Positions 47,601 through 54,953 of a stretch of 64,000 bases of DNA are shown here, in pieces. This DNA is from Candidatus Latescibacterota bacterium (GTDB taxonomy: Bacteria; Latescibacterota; UBA2968; UBA8231): assembly GCA_965215195.1 (NCBI GenBank), contig CBDCDC010000001.1, forward strand, positions 800,001 through 864,000, written 5' to 3'. Positions within the stretch are counted from its first letter, which is position 1; each line of letters starts with the position of its first letter. The notes beneath the pieces are model-generated. The model was not told the DNA's origin, did not search any database, and was given only the letters and a program-made list of their open reading frames with translations. A program made the translations under genes and the position numbers.

Positions 47601-49257
47601 AATAATCAAAAAATGCCTCATGTCCGAAAGCATAACGTTTTTCATCAAACGAAAGCACACCCTCCGACGCCATCGCGTTAAGGTAATAGGACGGGAATTG
47701 ATCTAGCGTCTCCTTCGACACTGAAAGTTGCTGTGATGTAGTCATTTTATCACACAACATCTGAATTATGTTCATCCAACAGTCTGATGAGGAAGTGGCA
47801 CGATCCTTAACTGTCCGGCGTTTTTCGTCCCAGTAGTGATCAAATAAATCTTTTGTTGAGAAGAACGGCGGTTGTGAGTCGGGATTGTAATTCGTATCAA
47901 GGAACAAGGAGAGATTCTGCGGAAGGCAGAGCAACTCCAGTTGCTTTGCATCAAATAGCTCAGATTTGAAACGGCTATTCCTGAGCACTGGTTTTACTTC
48001 ATCCAGAGAAAAATCTGTGACGGTGACTTTGGCAGAGTCTTTTGCAAAAGGGCGGCGCAAACGATGATCGTTTTCCCAATCAAACTCTCGGCAGACAACC
48101 ACGACGTGAAATTTCACTCTATTGCGTAACCCCTTTGCCTCGTCTAAAAGGTCTTCCACAACATCAAAGAAATCCGAACTGCGGCCAGAAGTTGTGCTGA
48201 CGGCGTCGAGTTGATCGATAACGAGAACCGCCTCACTTGACCTGGCCTCAGCCGCTGTCGCCAACACGAGTACTGGCGATTCTTCGAGGTTAAGCTGTTC
48301 GCCCAATTTTTTGGTTGATGATACCGGCTTTATGCGGTCCAGCCGAAAGGCAAGTACAGCAGTATCACTGCTTTGACGGAGGGTTTCTACAAATTCGATT
48401 ACGCATCCCGTCTTTCCGCCCCCGGCCTTGCCGGTGAGAACGCAGTTGCAACCCCTCTTATTTTCTTTGAGCTTGGCAATGAGTTCCTGAGTCGAGGAGC
48501 GAGGAATAAGAGAGTCTTGAATCAGATTTCGTCGTGTGACTTCGAGATAACGATCAGTTGCTTCGTCAATGAGCGAAGGGGCGTCATTTGGTTTGGTAAG
48601 TTGCCTCAGTGTGAACCCCTTGCTTTGAAGGTGCGAAATCAGATCCTTGCGGCTGATGTCCTTATGGATTGAATCTTCAGCAAAGCTGCGGAGTGCATCA
48701 CAAACGTTATTTGGTTTAGCGAGGAACCGTACCGACAAAGATGGCCGAACCTGTTCTTCAATGCCTCTCTCATCAATTGTACGGACTTCGATTCGTTGGA
48801 GTATCGAGTATGTCTTGGCTGTATCTGTGTTGTGCCAGATATTTTTGAGTGTTTGGAGAGCTTTCTTTTGGATATCAGAGTTCACAAACTTGGATTCAAA
48901 CTCCTCTAGATTATTTGCTTTCACAGCCCCCTCTGTTAGCTTTCTTAACTCCGGTGCATCGCTCCCCGAAACAAAAACAAACTGTGTGCTATCTTTTGCA
49001 GAAAGTTGATCGAACATCGTCCGTAGCAGGTCGCTAAAGGCAGACAGATTCCACTTGCCACTTGGATGACTGATCTTTACTTGGTGAAGCTCTTGATAGC
49101 CTCCAACAGTGATTACAAACTCGGCTTTATCGACCGTCGGGTCCTCAATTCGGATATTATCGGCTTCTTCATTAATGATACGTACAAGCTGAGAGACCGT
49201 CCACCATTGTTCGTAGCGATTTCCAAACTTGTTAGCGGGTCCGCCAGGCAATGGCAT
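44695..49257 (-). CDS. Avs/AVAST-like STAND NTPase with N-terminal Cap4-like nuclease and C-terminal helical repeats
   Basis: GNRYEQWWT...IED...AEF...HQVK nuclease motif, GKAGGGKT Walker A, LVIDQLD Walker B, FGHEAFFDY winged helix. 1520 aa, low GC. Confidence 0.8.
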   Translation of the reverse strand: MPLPGGPANKFGNRYEQWWTVSQLVRIINEEADNIRIEDPTVDKAEFVITVGGYQELHQVKISHPSGKWNLSAFSDLLRTMFDQLSAKDSTQFVFVSGSDAPELRKLTEGAVKANNLEEFESKFVNSDIQKKALQTLKNIWHNTDTAKTYSILQRIEVRTIDERGIEEQVRPSLSVRFLAKPNNVCDALRSFAEDSIHKDISRKDLISHLQSKGFTLRQLTKPNDAPSLIDEATDRYLEVTRRNLIQDSLIPRSSTQELIAKLKENKRGCNCVLTGKAGGGKTGCVIEFVETLRQSSDTAVLAFRLDRIKPVSSTKKLGEQLNLEESPVLVLATAAEARSSEAVLVIDQLDAVSTTSGRSSDFFDVVEDLLDEAKGLRNRVKFHVVVVCREFDWENDHRLRRPFAKDSAKVTVTDFSLDEVKPVLRNSRFKSELFDAKQLELLCLPQNLSLFLDTNYNPDSQPPFFSTKDLFDHYWDEKRRTVKDRATSSSDCWMNIIQMLCDKMTTSQQLSVSKETLDQFPSYYLNAMASEGVLSFDEKRYAFGHEAFFDYCFARIFMAQDASLTEFLTKSEQHLFRRAQVRQVLVYLRDADPERYCRELKELLTDERIRSHLKDLAIAQAIAMPSPKENEWNVLAPWIESELEAIKSGKPNIDKFASLVWDRFFSSQSWFHITDKKDLIAGWLASENDRIVDMGVKYVRIHQRCSGDRVAEILEPFVGVDGDWTQRLALIVQWPALEKSRRFFDLFLKLIDDGTLDDTRGPIAVDSTFWSMMHGVAEAQPAWIPEVVSHWLTRRISIVQNTSSGTGKPNWHDLFNHDGAGIYDSATKAPEEFVQHVLPVVLQIADEAVYGEESTPPRRDAVWPWPCLFDSEHVSIDKACRDGLAVAVEKLAEKKSNSIGAILAALRSRDTYMANFLLLRAYKAGAEHFADDAVSELCDKTWRFQCGYSNSPYWIAIQLIKAVTPLCSDENRARLEEAILDYVSDYERTHNGYKKRGRACFELLSGIPVELRSNTAQARYAELERKFGTLVESPPRGIQSYTVGSPIEKTAAEKMTDEQWLKAIKKYDSEESKYFWENPEKGGASQLAGMLQEFVKKEPERFACLSLKFPSGTNPVYIEHTLSGLKETSNFTELKLEVCRKAYAEFRDECGSEIADLLGSIEESIPDDAVQMLDWLATEHPDPEKELWNERAIGGTLYYGGDVLTHGINTTRGRAAEAIGALIQRDASYIERFRTTVEKLSGDKSIAVRACAASVLLAITNHDWEFALEQFTKLTEPWSNQGDYDHLLATPYLDRFIYYGLYEHFERIQGIVERMLRSELPKVNETGARLASIAVLLHHDGARNLVEEALHGNSAQRLGVARVASANIGQPAHRQWSEHQLLRLFNDSDSEVCQKVATCFRNMEGQSLESYENLIEKFCDSEAYKKNSYSILYALKESSHRLPGITYVVCEKFLERFSDEARDIRTSRAADGTIATELVFRTYHQHQRNKWASKCLDLIDRMCLEKTYSISTDLDKYER

Positions 49258-49309
49258 CGCTATTTCCTCTCTGAGTCCGGGGTAGCAAAGTCAATCGAAT
49301 TCGCCCTAT

Positions 49310-49338
49310 AATATAGTGAACTCATGTGCATCTATCAA
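49310..49338 (-). promoter_or_regulatory. Sigma70-type promoter of the STAND NTPase
   Basis: Minus strand TTGATA-N17-TATATT, between the hsdS stop and the STAND start. Confidence 0.55.
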
Positions 49339-49342
49339 GGGG

Positions 49343-50656
49343 CTATACTGCACGGCGCACGTCAATTTTCCCCGTCACCGCAGCGGAGATCAGAGCAGTT
49401 CGGCGTTCCTTGAGCAGCCCAATCGCCGTTTCACATTTTTCGATGAGCGCGTCGATCTTCTCGGTTTCTCGGTCGAGAAATGTGGCGATTTGCTTTTGTT
49501 CTTCAAGTGGTGGCACGGAAATACTGATATTGGCGATGTCACTAGCATTGGTCGCAGGATAGCTGACGCCAACGGATTGGGCAACCACTGTCTCCACAAA
49601 AAAGGGTGCCTGTAGCAAATAAGAGCAATATGCCGGTTTCAATTCGTCGCGGGGAGATACCACGCAGAAACCCGTTGATACAACCAGATCCTCGGCACTT
49701 CCTTTTACGGACGCAATCGCCCGAAGGTATGTTCTGACAGTTGATACGATTGCATCTCCTTTTCGTACCAAACGCCTTGCACGAGAAGGCGCACTTGAAA
49801 ATCTCATTCTCTCTGTTTTAGTAATGCCCGACCCTTCTGATACACTGCCAATGTCAACGTAATCAAATTCGTAATCTGGGTCTGTGCTTTCGGGCAACAC
49901 GCTTCTATTGATATGCGATAGATGTTTGAGGGGTTTCAAATCCCACCCCGCCGGCACCTCCCCCAACCACGTAACCCCACTCGCCTTCATCTTCGCATTC
50001 GGATTCAATCCTTTGGTGACGGCATTCGAGATGACCGCCTGCCGCTTTTCCCGAAGCAGTGCGATCAGGTGCTCTTGCTTGTCAACGAGCGCGTCGATCC
50101 TCTCGGTTTCTCGGTCGAGGAATGTGGCGATTTGTTTTTGGTCTTCGAGTGGTGGAACGGAAATACTGATCTTGGCAATGTCACTGGCATTGGTCGCAGG
50201 ATAGCTGACGCCAACGGATTGGGCAACCACTGTCTCCACAAAAAAGGATGCCTGTAGCAAATAAGAGCAATATGCCGGTTTCAATTCGTCGCGGGGAGAT
50301 ACCACGCAGAAACCCGTTGATACAACCAGATCCTCGGCACTTCCTTTTACGGACGCAATCGCCCGAAGGTATGTTCTGACAGTTGATACGATTGCATCGC
50401 CTTTTCGTACTAGACGTCTTGCACGAGAAGGCGCACTTGAAAATCTCATTCTCTCTGTTTTAGTAATGCCCAACCCTTCTGATACACTGCCAATGTCAAT
50501 ATAATCAAATTCGTAATCTGGGTCTGTGCTTTCGGACAACACATTTCTATTGATATGCGCCAGATGTTTGAGAGGTTTCAAATCCCATCCCGCCGGCACC
50601 TCCCCCAACCACTCAACCCCACTCTCCTTGTACTCCGCATACTTCCGAAAATTCAT
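49343..50656 (-). CDS. hsdS: Type I R-M specificity subunit with two near-identical TRDs
   Basis: YKESGVEWLGEVP, PPLE.QKQIATFLD, ERRTALISAAVTGKIDV. ATG overlaps the upstream stop. Confidence 0.95.
   Translation of the reverse strand: MNFRKYAEYKESGVEWLGEVPAGWDLKPLKHLAHINRNVLSESTDPDYEFDYIDIGSVSEGLGITKTERMRFSSAPSRARRLVRKGDAIVSTVRTYLRAIASVKGSAEDLVVSTGFCVVSPRDELKPAYCSYLLQASFFVETVVAQSVGVSYPATNASDIAKISISVPPLEDQKQIATFLDRETERIDALVDKQEHLIALLREKRQAVISNAVTKGLNPNAKMKASGVTWLGEVPAGWDLKPLKHLSHINRSVLPESTDPDYEFDYVDIGSVSEGSGITKTERMRFSSAPSRARRLVRKGDAIVSTVRTYLRAIASVKGSAEDLVVSTGFCVVSPRDELKPAYCSYLLQAPFFVETVVAQSVGVSYPATNASDIANISISVPPLEEQKQIATFLDRETEKIDALIEKCETAIGLLKERRTALISAAVTGKIDVRRAV
49445..50624. repeat. Intragenic ~538-bp direct repeat, period 642 bp (49445-49982 / 50087-50624)
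   Basis: Long identical nucleotide runs. About 10 amino acid differences in ~165 residues. Confidence 0.93.
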
Positions 50657-51666
50657 TCGTCGCCCTCCACGGCAGACTCGCATTGCAAGTAAAACTCTTG
50701 CAGTTTGGCTTTTAGCAGTTGCTTGTCGGGCAACTGCATCTGGTATTCGGCAATCAAGGCCGGCGAGAGGGTCCGGTTGAGCGCGTACTCGACGACCTCT
50801 TCGTCTTTGCTCGCACACAGCAGGACACCGATCGATGAGTGTTCGTGCGGCTTCTTCACATCGCGGTCCAAAGCCTCTAAGTAAAAACTGAGCTTGCCCA
50901 AATACTCCGGCTCGAACCGTCCCACCTTGAGTTCAAACGCGACCAAACAGTTGAGCTCGCGATGAAAAAAGAGCAGGTCGAGCGCAAAATCGCGATCGCC
51001 GACTTGGACGGGAACCTCGGCCCCCACAAAACAAAAATCCTGCCCCAGCTCGACCAGAAAATCCCGCAACTTGGCAATGAGTGCCCGCTGTAAATCAGCC
51101 TCGGCGTGGTCGCCCGGCAAGTCGAGAAACTCCAGCAAATAAGTGTCTTTGAGCACTCTGTGGGCTGCTGGATGCAATTGTCGCACCGCTGGTGAGACTT
51201 TTGGCGGGCTGAGCACGGTTCGCTCGAACAAGGCTCCGCGAAACTGGCGCTCTAGTTCCCGTTTGCTCCATTTTTCGCGGATCGCCGTTTTCAGGTAAAA
51301 CTCGCGTTCTTCCGGGGTTTTACTCTGCGACAGGATGATGAGGTTGTGCGTCCACGGCAATTGTGTCACCAGTGGTGACACTTTTTCATCGCCCCGATAA
51401 GTCGCGTAAAATTGCCGCATCCGAAACAGATTCGCCCGCGTAAATCCACGCAATCCGGGCTGCGTCGTTTTGAGGTGGTTCGCCAGTTGCTTGACGACCC
51501 CCTCACCCCAAGCGGCGGACTCCAGCTTGGCATGAATATACGCCCCGACCTGCCAGTACAGTTCGACCAGCATCGAGTTGACCGTCGAGTACGCGCGCTG
51601 TTTGGCCGCGGCAATCATCTGAACGACCTCATCGAAGTCGCGCTTACGGATCACGTCGTTACGCAT
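50653..51666 (-). CDS. DUF1016/YhcG-family PD-(D/E)XK nuclease
   Basis: LYWQVG...WGEGVV, NLFRMRQFY, LPWTH, KDTYLLEFL, DLLFFHREL..LVAFELK. Confidence 0.92.
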   Translation of the reverse strand: MRNDVIRKRDFDEVVQMIAAAKQRAYSTVNSMLVELYWQVGAYIHAKLESAAWGEGVVKQLANHLKTTQPGLRGFTRANLFRMRQFYATYRGDEKVSPLVTQLPWTHNLIILSQSKTPEEREFYLKTAIREKWSKRELERQFRGALFERTVLSPPKVSPAVRQLHPAAHRVLKDTYLLEFLDLPGDHAEADLQRALIAKLRDFLVELGQDFCFVGAEVPVQVGDRDFALDLLFFHRELNCLVAFELKVGRFEPEYLGKLSFYLEALDRDVKKPHEHSSIGVLLCASKDEEVVEYALNRTLSPALIAEYQMQLPDKQLLKAKLQEFYLQCESAVEGDE

Positions 51667-53653
51667 GGGAGAGTCCTCCGATCATTTCGACAATGCGATC
51701 GGTCACGTCTTTCAATTCCGCGTCGATCTCGTCCAATGCACGGGGCGGTTTGAACACGTAGAAATGGCGATTGAAAGGGATTTCGTAGCCCACGGTTGTT
51801 TTGCGGTGATCGATCCACGCTTGGGGAACGTGCGGCAGGACTTCGCGTTTGAAGTAGGCGTCAATGTCCTCCCGCAACGGCACGTTCTCATAGTCGCGCA
51901 ATTCCGGGTCGGGTTCTGGCTCGCCCTTGCGGTTGGTGCAAACATCGGCACTTTCGTCCGCTTCGCTGAGGGCTTGCCAGATCAATTTCAGTTGGGCCGC
52001 CGTGACGTTCACCCGTGCCTTTGCAAAGGCGTCTGTGAGAATGCCCGTGAACACATCGCGGTTTTTGTATCGCTGGTTGCGGTTGAGCGTCTGAAGGGCC
52101 GTGAGAACGCGCTGTTGCTGTTCTTCTGGCAACCGCGCAAACCCTCGCCCAGCTTTGAGGACTTCAAGGCGGTCGTCGCTGGCCTGAAAGTTGCGCTTGA
52201 GCGGGCGCTCAATGGTGATGCGTTGATAGCCAAAGTCGGTATTGTCAAAAATCTGTACGCGGCCTTCCACATCCTCAAAATCGCCGAACAGTTGCGTAAT
52301 CTGTGCGATCTGTTCGTCGGATATTTGCTTGCGCTTGCTGCCGAGACTTTGGCGCATGGGCATGTGGAAATCCGTGGCGTTGATCAGTTGGACTTTGCCC
52401 TTGCGCGGCGGCGTCTTCTGGTTGGTGATGATCCAGATGTAGGTCGCAATGCCTGTGTTGTAAAACATATCGGTCGGCAGCGCAATGATCGCTTCGAGAT
52501 AGTCGTTTTCAATGATCCAGCGGCGGATTTCGCTCTCCCCACTGCCGGCACCGCCGGTAAACAGGGGCGACCCATTGAGCACGACGGCCAAGCGGGACAG
52601 GTCGCCATCCCGATTGAACTTTGAGATCATGTGCTGCACAAAAAGCAGCGACCCGTCGCTGACGCGGGGGAGGCCGGCACCAAAACGACCGCGATAGCCG
52701 AGGTGCTGGGCCTCGTCTTTAATAGTGGATTCGACCTTTTTCCATTCCACGCCAAAGGGCGGATTGGATAGCATGTAGTCGAATTTTTCGTTGGCAAGGC
52801 CGTCGTCGGTGAAACTGTTGCCGGGATGGATGTTTTTGGCGTTTTGCCCCTTGATGATCATATCCGATTTACAAGTCGCATAGCTCTCGTCGTTGAGTTC
52901 CTGCCCATAGACAATGAGACTAGCGTGTGGATTGAGTTCCCTGAGGTACTCTTCGGCCACCGAGAGCATCCCACCCGTGCCACAAGCCGGATCGTACAGG
53001 GTGCGAATGATGCCGCGTTTGGTGAGCGTGTCGCCATCTTCGAGGAACAGGAGATTGACCATCAGGCGAATGACTTCGCGCGGGGTAAAATGCTCGCCCG
53101 CGGTCTCATTGCTCTGCTCCGAAAAGCGGCGAATGAGTTCTTCAAAGATGTAGCCCATTTGCAGATTGGAAACGCGGTCGGGATGCAGATCGGCTTGGGC
53201 AAAGCGGCTGACGATCAGGTAGAGCATGTTGTCGCGGTCGAGGCGGGCGATTTGTTCGGGCAGCTTAAAGCGGTCGATGAAGATGTCGCGCACGTCGTGG
53301 GAAAAACCGTTGATGAGGTTGTTCAGGTTCGCGGCGATATTGTCCGGGTCGTCGAGCAAGGTTGCAAAGGTAAAGGGACTGGTGTTGTGAAAGTTGTGCC
53401 CGCTGGCCATGTTGAGCGCGGTTTCGCGCATGGTGTCGTCCATGGTGTCGGGCAGGATTTCCAACTGGGCTTGCACCGCACCTTTGGTCGGCACCAACAC
53501 GCAGTCGAGCCGGCGCAGCACCGTGAACGGCAGCACCACCTTGCCGTATTCCGATTGCTTGTAATTGCCGCGCAGCAGTTCGGCGATGGACCAGATAAAG
53601 CCGATGTGTTCGCCAAAGTCTGTACGCATACTTGAACTGTTGAGTTGGGTCAT
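51659..53653 (-). CDS. hsdM: Type I R-M methyltransferase subunit M
   Basis: GEHFTPREV, YDPACGTGGML, SNPPFG. Confidence 0.96.
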   Translation of the reverse strand: MTQLNSSSMRTDFGEHIGFIWSIAELLRGNYKQSEYGKVVLPFTVLRRLDCVLVPTKGAVQAQLEILPDTMDDTMRETALNMASGHNFHNTSPFTFATLLDDPDNIAANLNNLINGFSHDVRDIFIDRFKLPEQIARLDRDNMLYLIVSRFAQADLHPDRVSNLQMGYIFEELIRRFSEQSNETAGEHFTPREVIRLMVNLLFLEDGDTLTKRGIIRTLYDPACGTGGMLSVAEEYLRELNPHASLIVYGQELNDESYATCKSDMIIKGQNAKNIHPGNSFTDDGLANEKFDYMLSNPPFGVEWKKVESTIKDEAQHLGYRGRFGAGLPRVSDGSLLFVQHMISKFNRDGDLSRLAVVLNGSPLFTGGAGSGESEIRRWIIENDYLEAIIALPTDMFYNTGIATYIWIITNQKTPPRKGKVQLINATDFHMPMRQSLGSKRKQISDEQIAQITQLFGDFEDVEGRVQIFDNTDFGYQRITIERPLKRNFQASDDRLEVLKAGRGFARLPEEQQQRVLTALQTLNRNQRYKNRDVFTGILTDAFAKARVNVTAAQLKLIWQALSEADESADVCTNRKGEPEPDPELRDYENVPLREDIDAYFKREVLPHVPQAWIDHRKTTVGYEIPFNRHFYVFKPPRALDEIDAELKDVTDRIVEMIGGLSHA

Positions 53654-53723
53654 ATTTTGTCGAGCGAAGGACTGGTATATGTACTACACTCGGAGGGCGG
53701 TTGTATAGAATACGGCGCGTTCT

Positions 53724-54380
53724 TCAGCACAACTTCTCCACTTCGTCCACCACCTCTCGCACCGAGTTCAGCACTTTGTACGCAGGCGAAAAGTCGCCGT
53801 GTTGCGACAACGCATTCGGCACGACCAACACGCGCAACCCAGCCTTTGCGGCCGCAGCGCATCCCCGCGCAGAATCCTCCACGACGACACAGGTCTCAGG
53901 CTCTAACCCATGCAGTTGCATAGCCGTCAAATACGCATCGGGATGGGGCTTTGCTTCTTTGTAATCTTCCCGCGTGACCACAAATTCGAAAAACTGGAGC
54001 AGATTCGTCTGGGCGTGAATGATGTCAAAGTGATCCTTCCGCGACCCGGTCACCACCCCCATGAGCACGCAACCGTGTAATGCTCTGAGCGTCTCCACCA
54101 CTCCGTCCAAAACCCGCACCCGTTCCCGCAACAACGCGCTGTACCGCGCATTGCGCTGCAAGCGCAATCGATCAATTAATTCCGCATCTTGATCGGGCAA
54201 TAGGTCAAATACGCTTTGCCCCTTTTGCAACGACTGGTCGACAAAATCCTCCTGCGTCAGCTCAATACCCTGCGTTGCCATGACCTCCCGCCCGGCCTGA
54301 AAGTACAGTCCTTCGGTATCGACCAGCACTCCATCGTTGTCCCACAAAATGGCGCGAATCACAAGTTCCTCTTCGTTCAT
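53724..54380 (-). CDS. HAD-family phosphatase
   Basis: WDNDGVLVDTE, KPHPDAY, VVEDSARG. Confidence 0.92.
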   Translation of the reverse strand: MNEEELVIRAILWDNDGVLVDTEGLYFQAGREVMATQGIELTQEDFVDQSLQKGQSVFDLLPDQDAELIDRLRLQRNARYSALLRERVRVLDGVVETLRALHGCVLMGVVTGSRKDHFDIIHAQTNLLQFFEFVVTREDYKEAKPHPDAYLTAMQLHGLEPETCVVVEDSARGCAAAAKAGLRVLVVPNALSQHGDFSPAYKVLNSVREVVDEVEKLC

Positions 54381-54382
54381 AG

Positions 54383-54934
54383 CTAGGCGAAAAACTCCCC
54401 AACCCCACACCTAAAGCCCTCTACTGCTCCCACCCCTTCTAAGGTCTCCCGCTCGGTCAGGGTCTGCACGTCCTGCAACGACCTGTACACGGAAACCGCG
54501 CTGCTTTTGGGGTCTGCGATCCACACTTGATCCGCGCCGGCCGCGAGATAATCGCGCACCTTGTCCAACACGTCGCTTGCGCTGTCATTGGGAGAGAGCA
54601 CTTCCACCGCCAAGTCTGGAGCACCTTCCCAGAAGCTGTCGGGTACGCCCGCAGCGGGGATGCGCTCGTTTAGCACGAAGGCGACATCGGCCGCACGCAC
54701 GGTATCGGGATGGGTCGCCAGTTTGAAGCCGGTTTCCGCGGCAAACACCAGCCCAATGCCTTGCTGTTCCGCCCAATTGCCCAGCAACCGCCCTATGCGA
54801 TGGCCCATGACGCCGCGTTTGCCGCCTGTCGGGCTCATCCTTACTACCTCCCCGCGCATCAATTCACAGCGGTAGCCGTCGCCTTGCAGGTACATAAGGC
54901 GGTCGGCTGTCACGAGATTATTAATGGTTTCCAT
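54383..54934 (-). CDS. Uma2 family endonuclease
   Basis: ELMRGEV, ADVAFV, APDLAVEVLSP, YLAAGADQVWIADP. Confidence 0.9.
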   Translation of the reverse strand: METINNLVTADRLMYLQGDGYRCELMRGEVVRMSPTGGKRGVMGHRIGRLLGNWAEQQGIGLVFAAETGFKLATHPDTVRAADVAFVLNERIPAAGVPDSFWEGAPDLAVEVLSPNDSASDVLDKVRDYLAAGADQVWIADPKSSAVSVYRSLQDVQTLTERETLEGVGAVEGFRCGVGEFFA

Positions 54935-54953
54935 GAGCGAACTCTCTTTCGCG

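Noticed and set aside
49343-50818. 491-aa HsdS with an N-terminal extension
   Set aside because: The extension overlaps DUF1016. The ATG at 50656 gives the canonical N-terminus.
38200-53720. Type I R-M island as an integrative element or prophage
   Set aside because: No integrase, tRNA target, phage genes or flanking att repeats found by eye.
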